Shown here piece after piece: positions 39,650-64,000 of a DNA stretch of 64,000 nt. The notes under the pieces are model-generated. The model was not told the origin of the DNA. It did not search any database and saw nothing but the letters and a program-made list of their open reading frames with translations. Each line of letters opens with the position of its first letter. Position 1 is the first letter of the stretch. The translations under genes and the position numbers were made by a program. Origin of the DNA: the human T2T-CHM13v2.0 reference genome, Homo sapiens; assembly GCF_009914755.1 (NCBI RefSeq), contig NC_060927.1; one strand, given 5' to 3'.

Positions 39650-40010
39650 AGATATATTCTTAATAGCTTCTAAATGGAAATCGCCCACATGCCCATCAAC
39701 AGTAGAATGGATACATAAAGGATGATATAATCACACAGTGGAACACGACACAGCAGTGAAATGAGTGATGTATTGAAGCTAATGAACAAAATGCTAAGTG
39801 AGAGAAGCCAGACACAGAAGAGTACATATTGGTAAAACCAAATGTGGGGATAATTAGTTGTGAGGAACGAATAGTGACAGGGAGGGAGCACAGTGGGGCT
39901 TCTGGGGTACTGATCTTGCTCTTTCTTGATCCAGAAAATGGTTGCATGGGTGTGTTCAGTTTGTGAAAACTCATCAACATACAGGCTTATAATATGCACA
40001 CTTCTCTCTG
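39650..40010 (+). mobile_element. L1ME-type 3' fragment
   Basis: aatagcttctaaatggaaa...tgcccatcaacagtagaatggata...gggtgtgttcagtttgtgaaaactcatcaa. Confidence 0.65.
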
Positions 40011-43000
40011 ATCAACAACAAAGTCTAAGGCTCACTTGTGAATCACTGGAAAACTCAATCTAAACAGTCTTAGCAGTGAAAAAAAGTATTTTGTAAATAC
40101 AGCTGGAGAGTCAGTATCACTGGTGGTTTGAAATTTATATTTATTAAAAACTTTATAGCTGTCATTAGAAAGTTTTGGAAGATGTTTTTGGACCCCAACA
40201 TGACAGTAAGAAAAGTACTAGAAGTCCATTTTCCAAAGCTAATTTTAAACTTCAACTGCCATTTGAATTCGAGGATTAATCTTCTCTCTATTGCTATTTG
40301 CAGACAGTGTTTAATCTCCACAGTGACATTTTAAATAATAGCTGATGGTAAATTAGTGTTCCAGGGCACCTCTTTACTAGCATTCCTGAAAACTTGTTTC
40401 AGATTCTCAAGCTAGGCATCATACCCAAGAGTTTAACCTGACTCATTGGGGATGTAGGTCCAATAATAAAAGGAATGGAGAGAAGACAGTAGCCACAAGC
40501 ACAAGCTGTAAGTGACACATATTTGTGCGCATAGCTCATTCACAATTTATGGTAGCTTTTAGCACGTGTCTCTACCATGCAAAGGAGTAAATTAAAGCTT
40601 AAAGACCAAGCCACGGCACAACTTGAAAAATTTTACTAAATTTAAGGGTTGCTATATTGAGTTACATAGCAGGAATCAGGAGTTAGGCCATAACCAGCTG
40701 GTCAGAATCTAGATCGTGTATTATGTTCATGGCAGGCACATGGACCTAGGCATAACCAGACTTGATGCTGCCTTTGAAATATCTGTCATAAGCATTTTAG
40801 CATGCGACCCTGAAGACATTTCATAAGCCTGGCTCAACTCATACTTCATTAACTATGCACACCACTCACTTAAGAATGTCTCAGGTAGAAGATTCTTGGG
40901 TAATTAAACCAATTGGTGGCAAAATTCCTTGTAAAGAGATAGATAACTTTCCATCTCACATATGTGTCTCTCTTTTTTGGGGAGGAGCATGCATGAAAGG
41001 TTTTGTAAAAAAAGATCTTTATATTGATGTGCTATATTTATATAGAATAACTTTTTACTCTATGACCTAAATAGAAATATACTTCCATACATTTTGCTGT
41101 GATAGCCTGCTAATTTTCAGAAAGAATTCTCTGACAAATAGAGCTGAACTCTTATTAACCTTAAAGTGAATTGAAAAACAAATTTTAAGTTTCCCGCACC
41201 TATCTTCTGAGTTCAGGGTATGTCTCAAGCTTAACAATTAACTATACACTAGAAGGAATATAGTAAAATCTAATCGAATAGGTTTCATACTATATTCAAG
41301 GATATGCCATCTACAGGGCAACTATAGCCTTGTACATAGGACAAGTATAGTAGCCATTCAATAAATGGTAGTTTAAGATATTATTTAAAGAACCAGGAGG
41401 AAAATTATTACTGAGACTGTTTACAGAAATGAAAATAGAGGAGGTAAGCCAACTGATATATCTGGAGTGGGAAGATGATAACTTTAAGTAAGCTTGAACT
41501 GTTTTAGAATGTAAAGCTTTGGTTGAATAGAGTAATGACAGATATACCAACATTTGTGTGTGCTTTTGCACATTAAAATACGTTAAAGCATAAAGTGGCA
41601 AGAGAAGTTGTCACATGATCATGGAATGTTTTCAGTGGCCTCTAATTGGGGGTAGCAGCCCATTGTGGTGGAAGGTGCCCTGGCTTTTCTGTCCCTAACT
41701 CCTGGATTTGACACTGCTTTGTCACAATTTAGATGAGAGTGAGGTGGAGCCTTTCTGCTTCCTGTCTGTCAAAGAGGAATAATAAGGCCTCTTGTGAGGG
41801 TTGGAGATGAAGATAAGATAAAGTAAGGAGCACCTTGTGGAAGGCCTGGCATATGGGAGATACCTCAAACCATTAAAGTCACATAAAAGCTTCTGAGTCA
41901 AGGATTTCAGATCTTAGTGCTTTTAGGAAATACACTCAGCTTAGTACCTTTTCCATGAAGAGGTGAGTAAGACTTGCTTCTATTTAAAACTTGGAAAACC
42001 AAGACAGCAGAGAAGATAAATGTCTTCAATAAACATTTGATGAGTAGGATGCTAACCTTAGCACTAGAATATTAAAGAATTGACAGTGAACCATCATAGT
42101 GTTGGCTAAACAGCCAACTCATACTTCTGATAGCACCTTAATGTCTGTCAAGTCTTTCTACCTAGAATTTCCGAAACTTTTGAGAACTTGAAATTTCTCC
42201 TCTTCATTAGAGTAATGGGCGCACTGTTTGCATACAAAGCTGCTCAGAAATGGAGATATCAAAATGTCTTAGTGACTACTGCTATTCCATACCATTACCC
42301 AAAATTTGAACCATAATTCCATTTTACTTATTTAAAAATACTTCTACTCCACACCATTTTGCCTTTGCAACCATTGCATTAAACACTGGATACAAAGAAA
42401 ATGAAAGAAACAAACCATTCTGTAGCACAGCCAGGGTTCCGTCTGAAAAATATTTAAAAAGAGAGCAGAGGGACAGGAACAAGTTACACCTGGAAAATTT
42501 CTATGCCTAATTCAAATACTTTTACTGGCAGTGGAAATGTTATTTAATCACCAAATTCTGCAGTTTCAGCAATATCCCCAGCAGTGCATTGACAGATAAA
42601 ACTGAGATAATAAACTTGTCTTTTCTGAGACAAGGAAAGAGTGCAGTTTTGACAAAACATCAAATATCAGACTGTTTTCCAAAAGCTATTGGTAGGAGTG
42701 TCCCACTTAGTAAAGGAAACATTCTCACTATGGTTAGCATTATGGTTTATGAACTGCTACTAGTTATGCCCAAATTCAATTCAAGACCTCAAGCAGGAAG
42801 CTACACATCTGCAATTTAGCTGTGTGAACAAGGTAGACACACAGAGGGTGGTCTCCGGGAAATTATCAGATAGACACTGCTTCCTGCTTATAAATAAATA
42901 TTTTTCTCTCTTTAGGTTATCCCTGAGAACATGCCAATATGTTACCTGGCAGAAAGCACACAGAAATTCACTGTGTTAGCACTTGATTCAACTATAAATA

Positions 43001-43169
43001 AAGAGCAGGAAGCACACAACCACAGAGCCACCACCCCTGTAGAACAGTACCTGTAATTAATTTATGGAACTTTATGAATTTGAGAAGGTTTCATTTGCTT
43101 TAGAATGCCAGCCATACTGGTTTATATTTCTGCCTAACCACTCAGCAAAAGGTAGAAGAAAGTATACTT

Positions 43170-43390
43170 CAGATTAGGGGCTAGGTGTTCTACATGCGCT
43201 ATCTAATTTTACACTCAAAACAACCTTGTGGGATAGGTATTATTTTCTCCATTTTATAGATGAGGTAACTGAGGCTCCAAGACATTAAGAAATGTGTCCA
43301 AGGTTGCATAGATAAGAAAGAACAAAGCCAGGACTCAACACCAGGCCTGTCTGATTCCAGCTGGTGCTCTGAGCCATGGTTTCCACTGCT
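43170..43390 (-). mobile_element. MIR
   Basis: ccattttatagatgaggtaactgaggctc...tccaaggttgcatagataag. Confidence 0.7.
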
Positions 43391-44565
43391 TTTGACTTTT
43401 CAGTCATGGAGAATGAAAATGCAGATAGCTTTGACAGAGGGTTCTGTTTGGGGAAGGCTATTTATCAAATGACCTAGAGCAGCATGAGGCCAGTGGGCAC
43501 ATGTGGTAGAAACTGCCAAAGGAGGGAGAACCACCCCTAAGTGAACCTGCACAGTTAGCCAGGGCAATGAACATATGTCTAACACACAGGGTGACCTGAC
43601 TCTCAAACAGGTGTTTTGAAATAATGCAATGTTGTTGTAGCTGAAGGGAGAGAAGGGTCAGAAAGACATTTATGGATTCTTCAAACAATGGGGTATTGTT
43701 GGAAAAACAGCTGCAAATGGCACATTTGAGTGGCAAATGGAAAGAGAGAGAGATGGCTTGAACAAAGAGTATTATATACCCTAGAAAAGGCAGAATTTTA
43801 TATAATGAAGCAATGCTTTAAAAATACTAAAATAATTTACAAATTCATTTTTTCTCTAAGTTTATGGAGCACAAATTGCAGAGACTTTTATTACTTTAAA
43901 AATGTGATGATATTCTCTACTCCAATACTGAGTTTAAATATATCGGGGCAGAAACAAAACTAATTCTTTTACATTATCCAAAGGAAATGGCTTGATAATT
44001 AAAGGGAAAAATGTGCTCACACTATTCTATGGCCTAAAATATATTCAAAAGTGTCTTTCCATAATTCAGTTTTGATTTTCAAAAATGGAGATGTGAAGGT
44101 TAAAGTCAAAAGTTATATGGCTCATTTTACAATTCTTTTCCTATTAAAAGTCATGTCTCTTTCTTTTCTAAAGACAATACCTGAATTTATAATTGGTAGC
44201 ATGCTTTGTCTTTCTTATGAAACTACGCATTCTTCAATAAGCTCAAACTTTTTCTGGAGCTATAAAGTCTGTTATATAAGTCTTTTGTTTGTTTGTTTAA
44301 AGAAACACATAATGACATTTGCCAGTTTAAAATGATTCGTTCAAAATTGCTTGAATACAGTTATACGTGCGAAAAAGTTTAATTACCAGCTATCTACATG
44401 GTTGCAATATTACCCAGAGGGTTGTACTTCTTTCCTAATTAAAAATATTTGAACGTAGTAATAGATAACTCTATTAAAGTATGAATAAAACATTGCAAAG
44501 AACAAGTTTACCCAGCACTTAGCAAATCATTTTCAGTAAGCATTCCTTAAGAATTACCAGTACTC

Positions 44566-50591
<6,026 letters not shown>

Positions 50592-51443
50592 GGGCTTGGT
50601 ACAGAGACTGGTACATGATGAATGTTCACAAAATATTAGCTACTTCTATTTTGCTGATGATAATCATGAATATATCTACTACCTACACCAGGTAACAATT
50701 AATCCACTCTAACTTGCTTAGAACATACTTGAACCAAAGCTTTACAATGCAACACCCACAGAATATTTAGGACATGAAACATAGAGAAAATCTTAAATGT
50801 TTTAAAAAATGGAATGTACATGTCATTTGTTATGCATAGCCTCATTTGTTCTCTAGTTTCTAAGTGCAGCTTATAGGGGAATTGAAGGAAGAAAAGTACT
50901 AATACAGGAAGGAAAAAATCAATCTGATGGACACGAATACAGCCACCAAACTAGCCGAGGGATTTATTCGATGACACTGTTTTAATGTTAACCTTCACTC
51001 ATATCATTTATTATTTGGGGAACTGCTGTAGAAAGTGAATAGAATAATGGTGTTTTTATGGCTCCTAATGTAGATTGTTATTGAAAATCTGTCAATTTTA
51101 CTGGCAAGCTTTTGGCTCAAAAATAAGATCATCATTTATAATTTGCAGGCAGTGATAACTACAAATTATGGGAAGTAACTAGAAAATAAAATAACTGTTA
51201 TGATGAAAATTACATAATTATCTTTCTCATTAAAAACATGAGGTATTCTATTATCCTTGGGATGTGCAGTAGACTCTTTAACAGCTGCTATTACCAAACT
51301 AAAACACATCAGAACAGGAAAGAAAATACAACACTCATCACCCAAATGATGAAAAAGAGATACTGCTAAAAACATGGGTGGAACAGAACGGAACACAGCA
51401 GGATGTATTGCCGGCATCTGTAAACCACACGGGAACCACTTAC

Positions 51444-51821
51444 AGATGCTTCGGGGATCGAGCTCAGCCTTTCCCCTGAGATTTCTTTCAGGGAGGTTTT
51501 GTTTAGTGAAGCTGGCACTTGCTGGGCTGATAGATCCTTCGCTTTGATTACGGGCTCTGGAGTTTTCTGACAGGACCCACACCTTCTTCCAGTTGGAGAA
51601 AGGCATGTTGTAGGCAACAAACTCATTTCAAAGTTATTTCTATCTATTTGCTCCATCGAGGAATCCTGGCTTTCTGTTGCTCCTGCTTCTGTGTAGGCGC
51701 TCCTTAGATATTCCTTACTTGTCCGCTTTGCAGCCTTCCCCAGCAGGCTCTCTAATGTTAACTGAGTTAACTCTGAAGGACCAGTTGTTGGGCCTCGAGA
51801 ACCCTGGATACTGTGGTTACC
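51444..51821 (-). CDS. CFAP20DC: Internal coding exon of CFAP20DC (C3orf67), 378 nt, phase 0/0 (GNHSIQGSRGPTTG...ERLSSIPEAS)
   Basis: Minus-strand acceptor tttgttccccaacatag|GGT and donor GCATCT|gtaagt. 126 codons in the frame of track ORF 51366..51656. Peptide matches the CFAP20DC sequence as recalled and joins in frame to the exon at 34300. Confidence 0.9.
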
Positions 51822-52716
51822 CTATGTTGGGGAACAAAGTAAAAATAATTTTGAGCAGAAATTTGTGGTGAATAAGTTACTGAGTACAAGTTCTTAATAA
51901 ATTCATATTTTCTATGAATAAAGCAAAAGCATCTATATATAGATTTTACTTTAATCTGCAAAGAAAAACATGAGTAACTAAAAGTAGCAATGCAAACAGT
52001 TATAAGCCATTTGCTAAAATGTCCTGCTATACGGTATTTGGTCTGGATAAGGCATATTTTTTACTCATGAAAAACAAGAGAACATTTAAGAAGTAGTTAC
52101 TCATATTCATTCCAAAAAATGTCTAAAAGAAGAGGATCCAGAGCAAGTCATCTAAAACATCTAAGAATCGTATACTTTGACTTTCTGATAAGTTAACTCC
52201 ATGGAAAAAGAAACAACTAAAACTTATGGTATTTAGCCTACTTAAGCAGAGAAATGGTACTCTATTAATAAATACAAGTGGGTCTAGGGAAGCATTTTTA
52301 CCTTATTGTAGGGCAGTTTTGTTTTTCAAGAGCAATGGATAATGGAACATGTTTTATAAAGTATTTTTCTTACATGAAAATTTTAGTTTTAGAAAGTATA
52401 TTTTTCCACAAAATATGAACGTCATTAAATATAAATACTTGGAAAGCTGAAAATGAAAGCTACAATAATTTTACAAGTCCACAGTTCTGTGATTTTCCAT
52501 AGAAATGCAAAAGTTTAAATTTTTAAAATCTGATAAAGGCAGAATTACAAACATGAAATCAATGGCAATGAAAGTAGATAATGAAAATGAGAAATGTAGT
52601 GCTATTTCAATTGGTAGATTTTTATGTTATAAAATAATACATTTAAACTGTGTGATCACTGCATATACTTGTCATGGTAGATTCTTCGAATTTGACTCAT
52701 TTATTTAAATATATAT

Positions 52717-53179
<463 letters not shown>

Positions 53180-53967
53180 CTATTCCTTCACCCTTCAATT
53201 TATAGACACACAGAACCCAGAATCTAGTTATTTCTAAGGGTTGGCATTTTAAAAACAAATATTTGGGTGACTGATTGAACTGTTCAATTTCTTCCTGAAT
53301 GTTTTACCATCATACACACTCAACATAATGGTGGCAGTCTCCGGTGAAATCTTCCTTTCAGAAGTGAAGCATGGGTAAAGGTGAGAGGGTTTGCTCTCAG
53401 TTGGGCAGGGGACAAGGGAGAGATCTACAAAAGCTTTTAATTAGAGGGGATCTATCTTATCATTTTTCTGTTTTCCTTTCTTCTTCATCACGGGCCAAGT
53501 ACATCTAGGTGCTGCAGATTCTCGGAATGTAATGATAGACCAGAACATAATCCCTGCCATCCAGGGACTGTATTCTGAAGGCAAAGAGGAGTCATTGTGT
53601 GAAGTAGGGGAATGTCACAATGACACACAATAGAAGGCATGGGTATACGTTTATGGATACTGTTTGTGGAGTGTCTGGGTTGGCTTGTGGAGACAGTAGA
53701 ACTGGAGGCCAATCAGTAGACTATTGTATTGTTATTAGGATTGTTGAGGTGCCTGAATTAAGGCAATGGCAGTGATGATATAGAAGCTGGACTGGTTTGA
53801 GAGTTCAAGTCAGTATGTCAAAGGCAGAGTATATCATACTGAGTAATTCTTGCAGTCTCTTACACAGAGTATGAGATCCTTAACCCATGCCCTGTTATAA
53901 TTTTTTCTTTTTGTGAAATGTAGTTGAGATTAGCAGACAACTGTGCTCTCAAGAAAGGTCCAAAGTT

Positions 53968-54685
53968 GGACTTCAAAAAGCTCCAGGAAATTAAAAGATA
54001 AAAACAAAAAATATAAACTTTATTTCTCAACATAAGCTCCACCAAGTTCAAGACACTTTTGTAAGCCAGGATGTCAGCCATTTAGTCCATCCCTAAGAAA
54101 CTGAGGATCCTGGGAATATAACCACGTCGATGTACTCTTTTTTTATATTACTAACTGAAAAAAAAACATGCCTCTTAAAGATTTTTAAGATTATAAAACA
54201 AAAAGGAGTCAGAAGGAGTCAAACCAGGGTTATAAGGTGGATACCTAATGATTTCCCAACAAAACTCTTGCAAATTTGAACTTTTTGATGAGAGAAGTGA
54301 GTAGGAGCATTGTCGTGGTGGAGAAAGACTGTGGGGAAGCTTTTGTGGGTGTTTTTCAGCGAAAGCTTTGGCTAACTTTCTCAAACCACTCTTATAATAA
54401 GCAGATGTTCTTGTTCTTTCACCCTCCAGAAAGTCAACAGCAAAATGCCTTGACCAATGCCCAAAACCATTGCCATGACCTTTGCTGCTGACTGGTCCAC
54501 TTTTGCTTTGACTGGGCCACTCCAACCTCTTAGTAGCCATTGCTCTGATTGTGCTTTGTCTTCAGGATCATAGTGGTAAAGCCATGTTTCTTCTCCTGTG
54601 ACAATTCTTCAAGGAAATGCTTCAGGATCTTGATCCCACTTGTTTAAAATTTCCATTGAAAGCTCTGCTCTTGTCTGCAGGTGAT
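53968..54685 (-). mobile_element. HSMAR2 mariner transposon fossil, 3' half, cut by L1-E
   Basis: Minus-strand peptides LQTRAELSMEILNKWDQDPEAF, VDFLEG..TSAYY..LRKLAKA and WEIIRYPPYNPGLTPSD (mariner HPPYSPDLAPSD motif). TIR-like ggacttcaaaaag at 53968. Confidence 0.85.
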
Positions 54686-54689
54686 AGTT

Positions 54690-58427
<3,738 letters not shown>

Positions 58428-58676
58428 GGAATGACTGTAGGAAAAAAAACTTCAAAATAAAGTAGAGATTTTCCAGTTAAAAATATAATACTGAAATAGC
58501 TAAAGGAGTAAATTAAAATAATCAATAATACTAAAAAAAAACCCCTCTCCTAACAAATAGTGTACCTCCAGTACACTAAGGATGAGAACTGCATTGTTAA
58601 GGATCTTTTATAAATATTTCTTCTTGGTATTCATCCTGGGCATACATTGTCTTTGTCTACACTAGCTTCATCTTCT

Positions 58677-58677
<1 letters not shown>

Positions 58678-58732
<55 letters not shown>
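58678..58732. repeat. (CA)n microsatellite, about 27 perfect units
   Basis: Direct reading. Confidence 0.97.
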
Positions 58733-58734
<2 letters not shown>

Positions 58735-61700
58735 ACTGATGGAGATACTTATCTTTCAGTGTTCCAGATAGGGTAAAGAAAAGATGTTTCTTTAAGATTG
58801 GGTGCCAATCTGTGGGCCGTTACTTTGTGGCCCAAGTGAAAAAATAAGACAGGCGAAAATATTTTTGCAAATGTAACAATCCCTGCATGACCTCAGCTGC
58901 AGGCACTGGGCAACCCTCTCTGCTGTAGGCCACTTATGGGGTGAGCTTGTCCTTCCCCACCAGTCTGGGCACCCTAGGATGTTCATATGGTTGAAGAACT
59001 CTGCCTTCAGGCAGAAAACTCGAAAGACTGTCAGAGCTATCTGAAAAAATGCCCAGTGTTCTAAATCACTAGGTAATAGAGTGGTGACTCTTGCAATTTT
59101 TTTTTCATAGAGATAAAGAATAAAAGCTTAGTCTTTGTCTAGAGAAGATGGTAAACAAAAAATAGAGTAAACATTCCCCAAGTCCTAGTTCTAAGATGGT
59201 ATTGGTAGAACTAGCATAGATGTTTTTTAATTTAGTCTGGTAGCGAGACAGGGCTATCTTTTCTCTAATTTTTTAAAATATTGCAGTTTATTTTCCTGTA
59301 ATTGTCATACACAATTGGCAGTGGGATTTCTGTGATCAAAAGATCCTCTACTCATTCATTTCCATCATAAAAAATGAAGACTTGTTATTCTGTATATGAC
59401 GTAGGTAGAAACTGGAGGTGTTTTCAGTAAACATTAATGCAATAGATGTTTATTAAGCTCCTACTCTGTGTGAGGCAATTTCTAGACACTATACAAGATA
59501 CACAGGTAAGGACAGGGCCACTCCTTCAAGACATATAAAGTCTAACAGAGAAATGATACCTAAAAAGTGATAACATCATAAGGTAGAAGATAGTAAATGT
59601 CATTTTAGGAATTTCAGATGTACTATTTTGGGAATTTAGAGGGCTGCATGGAAAACTAGATGTTTGTCACATCATTCAGAAAACACCTTAAAATCAATGC
59701 ATTTGGTAAGAAGTGTATTTTTCCACCTGTGATGGGTCAGAGTACAGCCTTTTCTTCCTTCTAGCAGTTTACTCAGGTGGAAAGCATTTCTCTTTGCTTG
59801 GCATGAGCAGTTGATTATATACATAGACATATTCATGAGTATGTACATGGACATTCATCTTACATTTTTCCTAAGGAATACTCTGGTTTGGAGATCAGCC
59901 GAGAAGCAGATGGATTTAGCTGTGTACCCTGATGAGCATTCTCCTGGTTGCACTGCATTTCCACAGTAATACATTTCCATGCTATTTTAAATATATGGAA
60001 AGAATAAATAACTGGAGAATCTGGACAGGGTACAAAGGCTTGTTTGCCTTGGCTGCCCTAGAACTGCTAATTCTGGTTTCAGATTCTGAAAGAGAAACTG
60101 GGATGAATGAGAAAGGCAAGATGACATAGGAGACTATATTTGAGTAGTGTTCTAATTTGCATTGGGTCAGCTTCTCATTTAGAGAAGAAATAAATGGAGA
60201 ATTAAAAAAAGTACAGTATTTATTAGGAGTGGGTGCACTGGCATAACCCTATTCCTCTCTTTGCATTGTTATGAGAAGAAGAGGCATGCTTTTGCCTCTT
60301 TAATAAGGTAGAGATGATGTTTATTGATTTCACGTATGTAATTCATTTGGGCTCAACATGTTCTGGGATGAATTTTTTTCTATATAACATATAAATTTAT
60401 TATGTGCATGAGAAGTTAGTGTATCATGACCTGGTTGAAAAATAACCACCTTTCTCCTTTTAGTTTATCATTTAGCTACTGAAAACCTGTACAGCAATTG
60501 AATATAATTTGTCAGAGTAGCAAAGAAGTTGTCATGCCATTTTCACATTCCAATCATTTGTTCATCTGTTTCTCAGAAGAACAAATACAAAATGCTTTTG
60601 ATTTAACTTAATATGTTTTTTTAAAGTCCCAAATCTCTTGAACCGTTTGTCTTCTGGGCTCAGAAACATTTGTTTGTTAAATATTCAGTCACGCCCCAGT
60701 GCCAGGAACATCAATAGAGTTTGCCTGATTAACTGTAGCACAGCATATGTATGCCGAAGATGAGAATGATTTCCCCAAGGAGCCAGCACTTCCTCTGCTG
60801 AACTACATTTCTTAAAAGGACATGCAGATGGGCATTTAGACAATAATTTCTGGCTACACAAAATGGATTGCTCTTGCTGAGTTGTAATTTTAAACAGATA
60901 ATTTTAATGACTCTTGAGGGCCACCTACTTGGAGCAGATGGGACCCAGGCTCTTTGTACCACAACTTTAATGTTGAGTGAATCAGAATAGAACTCTATTT
61001 AGCCTTTGTAAAAGTGGATGATAATATTTATTCATATTTCAATGGAGTTTTAAATTCAATCCACCATGAAAAAAATCTTATGTAAAAGTCTTAAAAATTC
61101 TGTAAAAAAACACATCTGCAATATTCAAAATACACTTTTGATGGTAGTTTTGAATTTGTAATTGAGATTGAGTCAACAGGAGTTTTTAGTTTTGTCCATC
61201 ATGTTAGTAACTAAGTGTGTGGATTGACAGCACCTTTTAGTTGAACATCAGCACTAGCAAACAACAGAGCTAGTATATGTATACTTCTGTTGTTGACTAA
61301 AGAGCACAGTTATTTGCACAAATTCAGCTAAAGACAGTCCTAACAGAATGAAAAAAATAATTTCTTCTTTGATGATAACAAGACTGGCAATTCAAATGTA
61401 TCTTAAAAGTTTTCATAACAACCATCCCAAGAAGTACTTGTGCTTCTACTTGAATTTTGTAGCAAATGATGAAAGTAATACAATTTCCTCTGGGTGACAA
61501 AGATAAGTGATAGTTGTGTCTTATAATACATTTTACGAGTTTGTAAACAAATAAAATAAAAGGAAGATACCACAGTTTTAAACAAGTAACTAACCTGCAG
61601 CATGCCTGATATTAAAAAGGTTTGGCCAAATTACTTTCATGACATCTTTACCTATAGCAAATGATACTTTACAGACAAATCATAGCATAAGTTACAGGTA

Positions 61701-62314
61701 CTGTGTGGGAAGGGCACAATCATCATATGAATATTTTGGCAAAGTGATTAGGCTTTTCTAATTTTTCAAGGCAAAACATATTTTTCTATAAGTTAGACTT
61801 CATGTTCTTTTAACTGACAACACTTTAAAGATTTCTTGTGAAAACTATCTACAAGCAAATGCTTATCTGCAAGATGTCTATCATTTAGCAAAAATGGTAG
61901 AATATTAGATTGCAAATAGACAAGCATTTTGTAACTTTCTTCATCTGCCTATAACAATACAAAGCCAAGTCACAAGGACCAAGAGACCTGTGACTTTTTC
62001 AGAGAAGAGCTTCAATAGATAATAATAAAGACATGTAGATGTGAACAGCCTAAAAAGATTACTCATACTGAGTAAACATTAATTTGCCTGGTAGGTATAC
62101 AGAATATGTTATGTTCTAATTCATAATACATAGGAATAAAAATGCAAGGCAGTATATTCAAAATAGAGTCTTTTCATTTTTTCCCAACACATAAACTAAA
62201 TTTAAAAGTATCTGAAGGCTACATAGAAATATAAGAAGACTACTGTCAACTAAATATTCCTTTCCACCGTGTGTATGTAAGTGTGTGTGAGAAAGCAATT
62301 AAAAATCATTACTT

Positions 62315-62632
<318 letters not shown>

Positions 62633-64000
62633 TCATTACTCAAGTATGTAGGGGTGAGTGTTTATAGTATAATCCAGAAATATATGCTAACAAAAAGTAT
62701 TTAAAATGAAATAGCTTAACTACTGACTGCTAAAAAAAACTCTTGAAAGCAATGACAAGAAAGCTGGGAGGGTGGACGAAAATGGTCATTTTAATCTGCT
62801 GTTTGTATATTTATCCTTTGCAGGCTTCCATAGAGTTAGAAGGAGAGAAGATACAAAAGCCTTCCGGCTAATCTGAACACTACAGGTAGTCAGTCCACAT
62901 AATTCATGTCCAAATATGAATAAATTCGGGGGTCCAAATGTTCCAATTTGGACTGTTACACAAGACAAATTACTTGGCCTTGCAAATATCTGCTTCAATA
63001 TGTGATACACAACCAGAATTCAGGGAAAAAATGGTAGTATTTCTAGGTGAAAACTTGAATTAGGGGAATAATAAAATATTAACATAAGGCTAATGATTTC
63101 AAGCTGCAAAACCAGGTGTATACACTAGAAGCCACGATGGGAATAATAACATAAAATACAAAATAGAGACAATAACAGTTGCATGCTTTCGTTTCTTTCA
63201 GATGTTGCAATAATATGAAAAGCACTCTATTTTAATAGCTTTCCTAAAAAATTCATTTTACATGGTAGTCTTGATTTTATAGCTCACTAGGAAATATTGT
63301 TTCTGTAGTATATTTTTCAAATAAGAACAACTTCAAAATTAATAGAGTACCAGAAATATTAGTATATATGGCTGCCTACGGAATAAAATATATGATAAAG
63401 CAAAGAGTAAGGTAAGGTTATATGCAAAAAATTCATACTTTTGAGGCTCCAACACTAAGATCTCAGATGTGAATTAATGATTAGCAACTTCAATTACAAT
63501 GACAATGTATTGCTGAAAGCTAATTTTAATTAGCTTTTACTGTTGTATGGGTACTTGTCTTCTATCCTAATAATATGATTTGATTTTGCCTAGTTTATAT
63601 GTTACTAAATACATCTCATTTTCCTTTAAAAATACTCAATGGGCTAACATCAAATAAAGTCTTTTAATTACACTTTATAAACTTCAAGCATAATAATATA
63701 ATTGTTATTCACTTGTCCACCATTATTTACAACTTGACATTATGTTTTCCTGAAGTATAATTATACAAAGATAAGGATGTAACATTCTAAAATAATGCAA
63801 TTAATAGTAAGGATGCCTTAATTAACTAAACTGATTTTTCTTCAAAGACTATATGTAAATAAACATTGTAAATATGTAGCCTAATTTCCCATTGATTTAT
63901 ACAATTAATAAATAGAAGAAGCTATCCTACAGGAAAAGAAATTACCAAAAGTACAAAAGAAAAAATCCAATTTTGTTAAGAAGGTATCATTACACATGCT

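Noticed and set aside
51166-51606. 146-aa minus-strand ORF overlapping the 378-nt exon in another frame
   Set aside because: Shadow frame running into intron; no independent support.
62786-63010. Minus-strand 74-aa ORF as another CFAP20DC exon
   Set aside because: Does not match the recalled upstream peptide, and I found no convincing splice pair.

Overview
Primate (human-like) genomic DNA, not prokaryotic. The window is intronic sequence of a minus-strand gene that I recognise from its translated exons as CFAP20DC (C3orf67). Three coding exons with canonical AG/GT boundaries lie at 51444-51821, 34097-34300 and 8802-8863. About 24 kb is five young L1PA retrotransposons, all on the + strand and so antisense to the gene: A 8985-15138 (full length, older 5'UTR), B 16723-25010 (5'-truncated), C 18686-24749 (full length, nested inside B, ORF1 intact, ORF2 one stop from intact), D 44566-50591 (full length, no target-site duplication, TSD) and E 54690-58427 (5'-truncated, no TSD). 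The rest is Alu, MIR, L2, old L1, an ERV1 solo LTR, Tigger1 and HSMAR2 fossils, and microsatellites. Main hunt result: the five separately inserted L1s, which carry different subfamily diagnostics, share non-consensus variants in a non-tree-like patchwork, including the same ORF2 nonsense codon in four copies. This points to local gene conversion (concerted evolution) within the cluster. Second result: a 1-nt deletion in L1-C puts its antisense ORF0 splice donor in frame with the downstream CFAP20DC exon. Consensus comparisons, subfamily calls and the gene name come from recall, not from a database search.
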